A stretch of DNA of 63,194 nucleotides, counting the filler, from Reclinomonas americana ATCC 50394 (lineage: Eukaryota): the NCBI GenBank assembly GCA_048213135.1. It is 19 parts of 19 records of this genome, joined end to end, with 100 filler letters (N's around TTAATTAATTAA, not from the genome) between each part and the next. Parts side by side here need not be neighbours in the genome. Positions count along the whole stretch, not along the records: positions 1 to 5,598 come from AFZH01019130.1; positions 5,699 to 14,286 come from AFZH01019132.1; 17 more parts are not named here. One strand, written 5' to 3'. Position numbers and translations under genes: made by a program. Positions 1-11,722 of this stretch are shown piece by piece; positions within the stretch are counted from its first letter, which is position 1, and every line of letters begins with the position of its first letter. The notes beneath the pieces were generated by a model, which had not been told where the DNA came from, did not search any database, and worked only from the letters and a program-made list of their open reading frames with translations.

Positions 1-1716
1 AGCCCGCGTCACGAGATCCATCAGCGTGGTGATCACCGAAAACTCAATATCGCTGGAGGCGCGAGGAACGCCACCCTCCGACAAGTACGAGGTCAGCAGG
101 GCGGCCGTGTGTGCCACCAACCCATGCTCCGCCGCCGCCACCGCACTCGCCAGCGGCGTCGGCTCCGCCTCCTCTCCCTCCACCTCAAAGCCGCACAGAT
201 TGGCCAGCACCTCCAGCGCGATGCGCTGTCCCTGAGCCTGCGTCAACCACATCTCCACCGCCTCCTGCTCCGGTACGACCTCTCTCCTCTCCTCGCCGCC
301 CTCGACAACCGGCGGCCGTCCCACGTGACTCAGAAACAGCGCAAGATCGCGCGCCACCTCGCCATTGACCAGCGCCGCCAGTGGCAGCGTCGCCATGGTC
401 GACACAGCATCGAAGGCCAGCACGTCGCTGAGCACGGCCAGCACCACCGACACGAACGCGGGATTGGCGGGCGAGTCGGCGCCCATGTTGACCAGCGTGC
501 CAACACACGCACTGCGCAGCATCGGATTCAGCTGCGGATTGGCCGCTACGTCGCACAGCAGTGCGGCGGTCTCGGCCGAGGCCAGCGACGGGTCGCCTTC
601 CGACAACGTCTGCAGCGCCAGTGCTGTACTTACACATGAGCTTGAGTGGGAGACACAAGCACACTGTCATACCACGGACCTGCGGCCAGTGCCAATCCCT
701 GATCCTGCGGCGCCGCCTCCACGTGCCTGACCAAGTGCAGCACGCCGCCCGAGGCACAAAACGCAGCCGCACACTCCTCACTCTCCTCACTCAACAACTG
801 CAACAGCAGCATGAGCTGCACACCGACATCCGCCGCCTCCGCATCCGCACGCGACACCTCCAATCGCCTTTCCGTGTGCAAAAACGACGCTCCCAGCAGC
901 TGCAGTCCATCCGAGCGCATCACTGTTGCACATGTGGCCTCTGCGCTCTCCAACAGCACATTGCGCAACGCGCCTGCAGCACACGCGCGCACCGCAAACG
1001 AGGTCGGGTCGCACAACAGCTTCAACAGTGCCTCCACTATGCGAGAGCAGTCGGGCAACAGCAGCACCTCGTGTGGTGTCGACGCAATGGCTGCGCAGGC
1101 AAGCTCACGCTCACTGGCATCAGCGTCCTCCAGCTTTGAGTGAGAAGAAAGAAGGAAAAGAGTGTGAGCGCGTTGTGCATGTGCATCTGCACCAAGACAC
1201 AAAACACACTTTTTCTCTCGTTGTCGAGCTTTTGCGTGTGTGGGAGTGAGGGAGAGTGTGTATGAGTGGGGGGAAAGTGTGCGTGAGAGAGTGAAAGTGT
1301 GTGCAAGTGAGTGTGAGTGAACTAGTGAGAAAGTGTGAATGAAGAGTGTGCAAGTGAGTGATGTGAAAGAGTGTGCAAGTGAGTGAGGAGTGTGCGTGTG
1401 AGAGAGAGAGAGGGAGCGTGTGCAAGTGATAGAAAGTGAGTGAAAGAGTGTGGGAAAGTGAGAGAGAGAGAGAGAGTCTTGTAATGCTTGTCCATTACGC
1501 AACTCTGAGCAACACTGCACTGAGCACTTCAGCACTATCCTCCGGCACATTGCTGCCTCCGTTGCCCTTGTGCGGTGCAGGCAGAACGTCGGCAAAGCGA
1601 TCGCCGCCTTCTGCAGCTGAGTGCCCGTTGACTTGCGACGAAGTCAGCAGACCTTCCGGGTGCGTGCCCTTGCGTTGCTCGCGGTTGCGTTGGTGGCGTG
1701 CCTTGGACTTGCCCAT
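1..1716 (-). CDS. HEATR3: HEAT-repeat protein 3 / Syo1-like (RPL5/RPL11 import adaptor), 3' end runs off the window
   Basis: ATG at 1716 gives MGKSKARHQRNRE. Exon 2 from 1133 reads LEDADASERELACAAIAS...LLCDPTSFAVRACAAGALRNV, matching the HEATR3 N-terminal pattern (MGKSR...RECACAGLA...[20 protein letters not shown]). GT-AG introns at ~1503-1134 and ~680-625 keep the frame. Confidence 0.8.
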
Positions 1717-1772
1717 CGCTCTCACTTCGTTGCACTCTTCACGTCCTGCGCCCATGGATTGTCAGACACAAA

Positions 1773-4700
1773 ATGGGCGCGAGATCAAGCGCGCCCATCT
1801 CGCACTCTCAATGCCTCTTCCCCGCCGATCTGACGCTATCCACCGCCACGTCACCGATCCTCTCACTTGCGCTCTCGCCTGTGGTCGACTACAGCGCCGC
1901 AGCGGGTCGATATCGACAACTGGTGGCGTGCGCGCGCAGTGACTCGATCCTCCTGCTCGATGCCGACGATCCACATCGCCCTCTCTTGCCCTCATCTTCC
2001 TCGTCAGCTGGTGGTGCATGTGGAGTGGCGCCACAACATGAGCGCGTGGTGTTTGGCACGCTGGGCGACGATGGATCACTGATGATGGTGGCGGCGAGTG
2101 CGTCGCACGTGTGTCTGTGGGACGCCACGCGCGCGCTTGATCGCGATGAGGCTGCTGTGCTCAAGTGGAGTGTCCCCTGTGCGGCACACGTGTGGTCGCT
2201 GGCCATGACCAGCGATCTGGTGTTTGCGGGCGCGAGCGATTCGAGTATTCATGTGTTGCGGGCGGCGGATGGAGCGCAGGTGCGGCAAATGGATGGGCAT
2301 TCGTATACGGTGGTGGCGTTGGCGATTACGGCGGATGGGTTGCGAGTGGTCAGTGCGGCTGGCGATCGCACACTGCGTGTGTGGCAGGCGCAGACGGGCG
2401 CGCAGGAGCAGTGTTTGCAAGTCGACTCGGTGATTATGAGTCTGTGCGTGCTGCGCACTGGCGTGAAGGTGATCACCGGTCACAGTGACGGCACAGTGCG
2501 ACGGTACTCGTTGAGCAAGAACTCACTGCGCCACACCTACGGTGCCCACAAGAGTGCCGTGCATTGTGTGGCCGTCTCGCAAGACGACACGCTGATTGTG
2601 TCCGGATCGCATGGTGCGTCGTCGCACACATTCCCCCCCTCCACTGCCTCTGTCATTGTGCTCACTATGTCGTTTGCAGACGGAACGATTCGTCTGTGGG
2701 GCAAGCAACGCGAGCTGGCGCATCTCAGCGGTCACACGGACAGTGTGAATGCCGTGGCGATTTTGAAGTCGCGCAAGATCGTGTCTGGATCCAGCGACGG
2801 CACAGTGCGCCTGTGGGATGCTGGCGGTGAGTGTGTGTGAGTGTGATGAAGGTGCACGGCGGTGGTGGTGGTGGTGTTGACTTGCCATCGCAGCCGCCAC
2901 GCGAAGCGAGCCACCGCCTTCGGGGTTGCGTGGTCCACATTCGCTGCTGCTGAGAGAAGATTCGTCGTCACCGCCGCCGTCGCCATCGTCACCGCTGTCA
3001 CACGGCAGTGGCTCTGGGTCGCAGCTGCTTGCGGCAGGGTCGTCGAATGCCTTTCGCGAGCACCACGTGGTGGTCAGCGACAGCGAAGGCGACGACAGCG
3101 ATGTGGGTGGCGAGGGCGATGATCGGCGGCCTGCCCGTGTGGATGCCGTGCACAGTGATTCTGTGCACGACGATGACGATGGACGGAGACCGTCGCGAGC
3201 CAGTGACGAAGAGGAAGGCGAGGAGGAGAACGAGGAGAGGGAAGTAAGAGAGGAACTGGACCAGGACGATGAAGATGACGACGGAGACGGCGACGGCGAC
3301 GAGCAAGGAGGTGATGAAGAGGAGCAGGAGGAGGAGGAGGAGGAGCCCGCATCACCGCCGCCGCAAGTGGCTCCACTGGCACTGACGCCGCGAGTCATGG
3401 CGACCTCTAACTCGGCTTCTGCGGTTGCTGGTGGTGGTGGTGGTATCGCGCGACAACTCTCGCCACCGGGTGCGGTGACGGCCCTGGTCGCGGCACGTAC
3501 GCTGTCGCTCTCCTCGCTGCCGCTGCCTGCATCGCCAATGAACACTGGCACCGTGTTGCTGTCGTCGCCACGATCGCACTCGGTCGACATGAACGAGTTG
3601 GTGGCTCTCAACAACGAGTTGCGGGAGGAGCGCGGCAAGCAGCAGCTGCTGGCGCAGGATCTGGAGGAGGCGCGACGAGTGGCGGAGGAGGCGACACGTG
3701 CGTCGCGCATGTGGCAGCAGCGGGCGGAGGTTGCCGAGGAGCACGCAGCGCATGTGGCGTCGTCGGTGGAGTTGCTGCGCGAATCGCTGCAGGTCGAACA
3801 GGAGCGGCGAGTGGAACTGGAGCGGGAAGTGGAGCGGCTGCAAAGACTACTCGGGCACTTGGAAGGTGCGTTTGTTCATTCGTTGTGTGGCTGGACGAGT
3901 GTCTTGTTAAAATTGCGGTGGCAGCGGGCATCCCCGGCTCGTTGCGGAGATTCGACTGGCAAGAGTTGGTGACTGCCACGAACGGATTCGATGAGCACTT
4001 TCTGGTCGGCTCTGGCGGGCAAGGTCGCGTGTTTATCGTGATGCACGAGGCGAGGAAGATTGCCATCAAGCTCATCGATGCTGACGCTCCGTGGGCGCTC
4101 GAGTCGTTTGCGCACGAGGTGTTTCCTTTGTGTGAAGGACGACGACTTGAAGTTGCAGCGTGAGCTCACACGGCGTTTTGCAGATTGACACTCTGGGCCA
4201 GCTGCAGCATCCGCGCCTCGTGCCGCTGCTGGGCTATGCCGTTCTCGAACCGGACAGCAGGCATCGCTGCTTGGTGTACAAGGCATTGGAGTGCGTGTGG
4301 AGTGGCGCGTGGTGGATGCGGTTGGCATATGGTCGCTGACTCTCTCTCTCTCTCGCTCTTGTGAACAGGCGACTGAATCTGGAGGTGCGCCTGTTGCATC
4401 CGCCGCCGGATGTGTCGCCCATGACGGTGTTGCAGAGAGTGCGAGTGGCGCATGGTGTGATTGAAGGGATTGCGTTTTTGCATCAGGTGAGGGGGAAGGA
4501 GAGGGAGGGAGGGAGGGAGGGAGGGAGGGAGGGAGAGGGAGACAGAAGAGAAAGAGGAGGAAGGTGGGAGAGAGAAAGTGGAAGAGCGAGTGGCAAGCAC
4601 ATGCATACAGTGAACGACAGGGAGGGAGGGAGAGAGAGGAGAGGGTGAGGGGGAGAGGGAGATGGTGAATGCATCGTGGTTCGTGGCACAAAAACCACTC

Positions 4701-5411
4701 TTCGTGTCGATGCTGCATGACTCTGGAGTGTTTCCAAAGAGAAGCAACGTCTGTCTGAGTGATGCCGAAAAAAACGTGATTATTCGGAGAGCAGTGTTAT
4801 ACTACGATTGCTTACACGATTGTTCCTCCTCTTTCGTGTTTCTCTGAATCGCAGCACGATGTCGTCCACCGCGACCTCAAGCCGTCCAACATTCTGCTCG
4901 ACTCGCGCATGGAGCCGTGCCTCGCCGACTTTGGCATTGCGCGGTTCTTTGCCGACGACGAGACGCACATTCACACAGAGCCGGCCGGCACTCGTTTCTA
5001 TCTCGATCCGCTGGCCGTTCGCTCGGGAGAACTGCGCAAGTCGGCCGATGTGTACGCGTACGGCGTTGTCTTGCTGCAGCTGCTGACCAGTCGGCAAGCG
5101 GGCGAGGTGACCGACATGGCCTCGACGTGGGAACGCTCGTTGGCCTCTGTGAATGTGATGGCTGAGATCGACATGAGTGCTGGACTGTGGCCCCCACCAC
5201 TCGCTCGTCACATGCTGGAGCTCGGTGTTTCGTTGCGTCGGCGGTGGGAGGCTGATGAGAGAAGGTGGACTCGCTGTTTGATGCTTGCGCACATTGCAGG
5301 TGCATGTCGCTGAACACGGACATACGACCAGATGCCGACGCGGCTCTGCTGGTCATGGAGGAGATTCAACAGTGGTGTCACGGCTCTGGCTTCACGGAGC
5401 CAGTGGTGTAG
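1773..5411 (+). CDS. WD40 repeats + acidic linker + coiled coil + RLK/Pelle (IRAK-like) Ser/Thr kinase, 8 exons
   Basis: Starts MGARSS. WD repeats (GHSYTVVALA, GAHKSAVHCV, GHTDSVNAV). In-frame GT-AG introns at ~2614-2679, 2828-2893 and 3866-3924 join WD40, linker and kinase. Kinase motifs: RRFDWQELVTATNGF, GSGGQGRV, IAIK, HRDLKPSNILL, DFG, GTRFYLDP, DVYAYGVVLLQLLT, C..RP. Stop TAG at 5409-5411. Confidence 0.85.
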
Positions 5412-5564
5412 CTGACGATTGTTTAGTGTATTTGCGTGCAGTGTGATTGCATTGAGGTGTGTGTGGGTGGGGGTGTGCAGCACAATGTTCATCACTGAGA
5501 CGTACCAGCATGTTGATCGAGCTATATCGATATTGTATTTACAATCGTGCACAAGAATTTGCTG

Positions 5565-6960
5565 TCAGTCGGAACCAGCGAGGATAACCTCAGTGGCCNN
5601 NNNNNNNNNNNNNNNNNNNNNNNNNNNNNNNNNNNNNNNNNNTTAATTAATTAANNNNNNNNNNNNNNNNNNNNNNNNNNNNNNNNNNNNNNNNNNNNGA
5701 ACTGTGCAGATCATGGAACCGCGGTTTCCAACATCGATTTCGAATCTGGGTGGGTTGCGTCGCAGCGTACTTTCGTATAGAGAAGGAAGAAATTGCCATT
5801 GGCTGGTAAACCGCAGAAGAAGAGTAAGTATGTACACGCAGTATGTACACGCACACTCCCGCGGGCACGTCGTACAGTTGAACTCACCGGTCTCCGCATT
5901 CCTGACGACCTCGAACTTCAGCAAGCCGTCGGCAACCATGTAGCCCATTTCCAGTCCAATGAGCTCCTCTTCCATCCACATGTTCACGGGAGACTCGGTG
6001 CCGAAGATGTGCGGACACACAACGCATGCGTACAGTAGCAGACGAGGCGCGCAAAAGCCGTAGGAAAGGGTCATGGCTGTGCTGCTTCGAACCGTCTGCG
6101 ATCAGGTAGTCAAAGAGGCAGCAGTGATCATGACGAGGCAAGTGAGTAACGAGTATTGTCAGTTGCGCTCTTGCTCGAAGATCCTAGCTTTCTCCTTCTT
6201 CTCTCCAACCTCGCTCTCTCTCTGTACGTGTGCGTGTGTGTTTGTGAGTGCGTGTATTTGTGTGTGTGGGTGGGAGGGTGTGCGTGAGTGCGTTTGTGTG
6301 GGTGTATGTGTGTGTGTGTGCGTGTGTGTTTGTGTGGGTGTGCGTGTGTGCGTGTGTGTGTGCGTGGCTCCAGATTCACAGCTGCGTGTTAAACAGACGC
6401 ACCCCGTTTCGCAGACCGGTGAGCGAGAAGACGACTTCTTCACGCGTGTCGACACTCCGGATTACATCCTGCATCGTCTCTCTGGTGACCAAGCTCTTGC
6501 CGTTCACACCACCACTCGCAAACTCCATGTGGATGCCGCGGATGCCATCTTCAAACGTTTGCAACGCGCTGGCTGAAGCACTACATCCCATTGCGATCTC
6601 TCAAGCAACCACACAACAAACAAGTTTTCAGAAACTCTTGTCCGATGCGTCTGTTTGGTTTCGTAGTCACGGACGCTGGCAGTGTGCACATGCGTGTGAG
6701 TGTGGCAGAGACCGACTGTATCGTGCATCGCTACACTCGCAGCAGTCCACCAGCAGTGGTGTGACGATAAAATCGCAATCAGTGACAACGATCATGCATA
6801 TGTGATCATGAATCACACACAACACATGTTCTCTTTCGATGCGAACTGCGTGCAGCAGGTCGTCTGACTGCTACGTGTCATGCGTTTTCTGATGGAGACA
6901 AAGGATGCTTCCGAGATGGTGCATGTTGTGCCTTGTGTAAAACAGACGTCCGCCTTCTCT
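5565..6960 (-). CDS. Hypothetical protein, tandem family copy A (interrupted by gap, 5' end uncertain)
   Basis: Shares exons with copies B and C (VTRETMQDVIRSVDTREEVVFSLTGLRN; CVVCPHIFGTESP; LRRNPPRFEIDVG; C-terminus ATEVILAGSD*). Confidence 0.6.
5599..5698. other. Artificial contig spacer (N-run, TTAATTAATTAA, N-run); first of 18 in the window
   Basis: The same six-frame-stop linker occurs at every gap (5599, 14287, 19326, 21768, 24691, 27151, 28739, 33190, 36472, 39671, 41242, 42355, 43687, 46678, 50663, 51790, 57199, 61186). Confidence 0.99.
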
Positions 6961-7202
6961 CTCAAAATGCCTGAGAAACATATTGCAAGTTCTTGTCAGT
7001 GGTACAGACTACACCACCGAGTCTGCTGCACTGATGTGCGATGTGTATAGTCAGTCATCTTCAGTAAAGTCAGTGCTTGCAAGCATGCAGTGTCACGCAC
7101 TCAGCAGCGTGCAATGAAAATATCAATCACTTGTGCACACTGGTACAGAAAAGCTGTGTAATTCGTGCTGCAGCGAAGGATCTGCAATCGCTGCAGGCCT
7201 CG

Positions 7203-9050
7203 TCAGTCGAAACCAGCAAGGATAACCTCAGTGGCCGAAGAGGACAATCGCTCCTTTGCTCCCTCCACCGAGGTGGAGGAGGTGGAGGAGGAGCTGATGA
7301 TGTTGGCAGTTGCGCGAATCACAACACCACAGATGCTGAAGTGTGCGTTGCTGTACGCCGGGCATTGCAGCCAGAAGACTCGGATAACGTGGTCGTCGTC
7401 ATAGGTGACAACGTAGCCGCGACGGTCGTCGTCGAGCTGCGTGTGTCACAGGAAAGTGAGTGCGTCGATGATGACATCAGATTGCATGATACAGTATTGC
7501 ACCACACGCAACTCTTGTGAGCACCATGTCTGCTGCACTCGGCCATACGCCACTGTCGAGCTGGATCTTCAGCGTGCAGGTGTACCGCTTCCGTTCCCCG
7601 TCTGCAATGCGAGTGGCCATCATCGAGTACTCTCCATGGCCATCCACAGCCTCCACCTCCTCGTCGTACTCGGAGAACACACGACCTGATTTGCAGTGCT
7701 TCGTGTGTATACGTAGCACTTGGGAAGGTGTCAGCATACACGGCTGCACACCTTTGAATCCACCAGAACTGCTTACTGTCTGCGGCTGGACTGTGCAGAT
7801 CAGATGCATGGAACCACGCAGTCCGACATCGAGTTCGAATCTGGGTGGGTTGCGTCGCAGGCGTACCTTCGTATTGATGTAGTGGAAGTAGCCCGTGGCT
7901 GGTAGAATCGGAGAAGAAGAGTAAGCATGTGCACACGCCCGAGAACACGATAAGTGCACACACTCACCAGTCTCGGCGTTCTTGACAACCTCGAACTTCA
8001 GCACGCCGTCAACTACAACGTAGCCCACTTCCAGTCGAATGAACCCCTCCTCCATCCACATGTCCACAGGAGACTCGGTGCCGAAAATGTGCGGACACAC
8101 AACACATGCGTGCAGCAGCAGACGAGGCCCCCCGCAGAAGCCGGAAAGAATCATGACTGTGCTGCTGCGAACCGTCTGTCACAGAGTAGTGATGAGAATT
8201 CGAAGCAAGTTAGCAACGAGTGTCAGAGTTTGCTAGCGCACACACGCCCTCCGCTGTGAGTCACGCTTCTCGGTCTCACCTCACACTTCTCCTCCATGTT
8301 CCTCTCTCTCTCTCTCTCTTTGTGTGTGCGTGTGTGTGTTTTTCTTCGAATGCGGGGGTACGTGTGTGCGAGTAATTATAAGTGAATGTGTTTGAATGTG
8401 TGTGTGGTGGTGGTGGTGGTGGTGGTGTGCGTGCGTGCGTGGCTCAAGTTCTATCACAGCTGCGTGTCAAGCAGATGTACCACGTTTCGCAGACCGGTGA
8501 GCGAGAAGACGACTTCCTCACGCGTGTCGACACTCCGGATCACATCCTGCATCGTCTCTCTGGTGACCATCCTCTTGCCTTTCACATCGCCACTCACAAG
8601 CCGCTCGGTAATCACACGGATGTCATCTTCAAGCACGTGCAGAGCTCTAGCCGACACGCCACAACCCATTGTGATCTCTCAAGCAACCACACGCGACAAA
8701 CAAACGAGAGTGTGAAATCACTTCGTCCGTCTGTTTGGTTTTGTGATCAAGCTGCGGACGCTGGCAGAGTGCACGTGCACGTGCGTGTGGGGTGTGGCGG
8801 AGACCGACTGTATCGTGCATCGCTACACTCGCAGCAGTCCACCAGCTGTGGTGTGACGATAAAATCGCAATCAGTGACAACGATCATGCATATGTGATCA
8901 TGAATCACACACAACACATGTTCTCTTTCGATGCGAACTGCGTGCAGCAGGTCGTCTGACTGCTTCGTGTCATGCGCTCTCTGATGGAGACAAAGGATGC
9001 CTCCGAGATGGTGCACGTTGTGCCTTGTGTAAATGAATGTCGTGTCTTCT
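7203..9050 (-). CDS. Hypothetical protein, tandem family copy B (multi-exon, 5' end uncertain)
   Basis: Exon blocks are conserved with A and C while the intervening GT-AG introns diverge. Last exon LDDDRRGYVVTYDDDHVIRVFWLQCPAY...EVILAGFD*. Confidence 0.65.
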
Positions 9051-9631
9051 CTCTCAAAATGCCTGAGAAACATAATAATAATAGAAACTTCACTGACATA
9101 CACAACAATGAGCATCTACCACTGATCGCCAACAAGTCTCGTGTGCTTTCCTTCTACAACTAAAACTGTTTTAAGTGTGTTGTCGATGTTGAGAATAAAG
9201 CCCTATTCAGGACACACGGCCTCCAGGCCAGGAAGAAGACTTCGTCAGCAGTGACCACCAGAAGACGTCCATCGCGGTAACTACGAAGAAGACAAAGAAA
9301 AATTGATCATATCAAGAAGAACAGTGGGGCAAGCATTGGGAAACTGTTACTTCTCTCAAACCACGCCACCATGAACAAGCTGCACTCCGGCCTGAAACAT
9401 ATTGCAAGCGGTACACCACCGAGTCTGCTGCACTGATGTGCGATGTGTATAGTCAGTCATCTTCAGTAAAATCAGTGCTTGCAACCATGCAGTGTCACTC
9501 ACCCAGCAGCGTGCAGTGCAAATATCAATCACGTGCACGCAGCGTTTGCATTTACGTATACACTTGTACAGAAAAGCGCAAGCTGTGCAATTCGTGCTGC
9601 AGCGAAGGATCTGCAATCGCTGCAGGCCTCG

Positions 9632-11325
9632 TCAGTCGGAACCAGCAAGGATAACCTCAGTGGCTGAAGAGGACAATCGCTCCTTTGCTTCCTCCACCGA
9701 GGTGGAGGAGGTGGAGGAGGAGCTGATGATGTTGGCAGTTGCTCTAATCACAACACCACAGATGCTGAAGTGTGCGCTGCTGTACGCCGGGCATTGCAGC
9801 CAGAAGACTCGGATAACGTGGTCGTCGTCATAGGTGACAACGTAGCCGCGACGGTCGTCATCGAGCTGTGTGTGTCCCAGGAAAGTGAGTGTGTCGATGA
9901 TGACATCAGATTGCATGATACAGTATTGCACCACACGCAACTCGTGTGAGCACCATATCTGCTGCGCTGGGCCACTCGCCACTATCCAACTCGATCTTCA
10001 GCGTGCACAAATACCGCTTCCGTTCTCCGTCTGCAATGCGAGTGGCCATCATCGAGTACTCTCCGTCCACAGCCTCCACTTCCTCGTCGTACTCGGAGAA
10101 CACACGACCTGATTTGCAGGAGTTCGTGTAAGTGTCGACAGCATACGCAGTTGCACACTTACAAATCTACGCACCTTTGAATCCAGCAGAGCTGCTTCCT
10201 GTTTGTGGGTGGACTGTGTAGATCATGGAACCGCGGTTTCCAACATCGATTTCGAATCTGGGTGGGTTGCGTCGCAGGCGTACTCTCGAATTGATGTAGC
10301 AGAAAACGCCAGTGGCTGGTAGAATCGGAGAAGAAGAGTAAGCATGTGCACACGCCCGAGAACATGATAAGTACACACACTCACCTGTCTCGGCATCCCT
10401 GACTACCGCGAACTTCAACACGCCGTGGGCGATGAAGCCTACTTCATATGGCTCGAATTCGTCCTCCATCCACATATCTACCGGAAACTCGGTGCCGAAA
10501 ATGTGCGGACACACAACGCATGCGTGCAACAACAGGCGAGGCCTCCCGCAAAAGCCGTAGGAAAGTGCCATGACAGTGCTGCTTCGAACCGTCTGCCACA
10601 ATTGCAAAGCAGTGATGAGCAACGAGTGTCAGAGTTTTCTTGCTCCTCCCCCCTCCTCTCTCTCTCTCTCTGTGTGCGTGTGTGTGTGTCTGTGTGTCTC
10701 TGTGTGTGTGTTTGTGTGCGTGCGTGTTGTCGACTTGTGCTAGCGCTCCGCGTTTCCCATGTGTGAAGCGAACGCACCCCGTTTCGCAGAGCAGTGAGCG
10801 AGAAGACGACTTCTTCACGCGTGTCGACACTTCGGATCACATCCTGCATCGTCTCTCTGGTGACCATGCTCTTGCCTTTCACGAAGCCATTGGCATACCG
10901 CTTGTGGATTCCACGGATGCGATCTTCAAACTCGTGCAGGGCTCTTGCCGACACGCCACAACCCATTGCGATCTCTCAAGCAACCACACGCGACAAACAA
11001 ACGAGTAGAGTGTGTGAAATCACTTCGTCCGTCTGTTTGGTTTCGTGATCAAACTGCGGACGCTGGCAGTGTGCGCGTGCGTGTGAGTGTGGCGGAGACC
11101 GACTGTATAGTGCATCGCTACACTCGCAGCAGTCCACCAGCAGTGGTGTGACGATGATCAAGCATATGATCATGAATCAACACATGTTCTCTTTCGATGC
11201 GAACTGCGTGCAGCATATCGTCTGACTGCTTCGTGGCATGCGCTCTTTCATGGAGACAAAGGATGCCTCCGAGATGGTGCAAGTTGTGCCTTGTGTAAAT
11301 GAATGTCGAGTCTTCTCTCTCAAAA
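9632..11325 (-). CDS. Hypothetical protein, tandem family copy C (multi-exon, 5' end uncertain)
   Basis: Same exon series as copy B. Stop at 9632-9634. Confidence 0.65.
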
Positions 11326-11722
11326 TGCCAGAAAAACGACTCAGAAAAACTAATCGGGAGTTATATTGCCCTTATTTGTCAGTGGTTTTCTCTTGCACCG
11401 CATTGCCTCCCGCACCACCCACTCTGAATTGATGTGGACATGTGGTTATCTTTCACTGAGCCATGGTCGCAGTGTTAACATGTTCTTCGCGATCGTGCGC
11501 ATGCAGTTATAATATTGCGCATACAACAGACTAAAACCTCTCTCTGTGACATGCTGCATGTGCGCTGCCCTCCGCTGGCGAGACGAATGTCATCTTTCGA
11601 CCTTTCGCGCACATGTGCAGCCCGCGGACTTTGCTCGAGTACATTGTCCATGGCAAAGGGCTGCGAGCAATAACATCGGGATTCTTATTTTTGCCTGGTT
11701 TTGCGAGAGGAGAGCACGAGCA

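Noticed and set aside
2523..3710. Long antisense ORFs (e.g. 2523-3710, 15236-16342, 15981-17159, 33317-34122, 49356-50312)
   Set aside because: They are shadow frames of GC-rich coding sequence on the opposite strand, with no motifs of their own.
5643..5654. TTAATTAATTAA repeated 18 times
   Set aside because: It is always embedded in N-runs, so it is an artificial six-frame-stop linker, not a biological repeat or CRISPR.
10167..10190. Premature stop (GFKGA*) suggesting copy C is a pseudogene
   Set aside because: The stop lies within a G|GTGCGT intron that is positionally shared with copy B.
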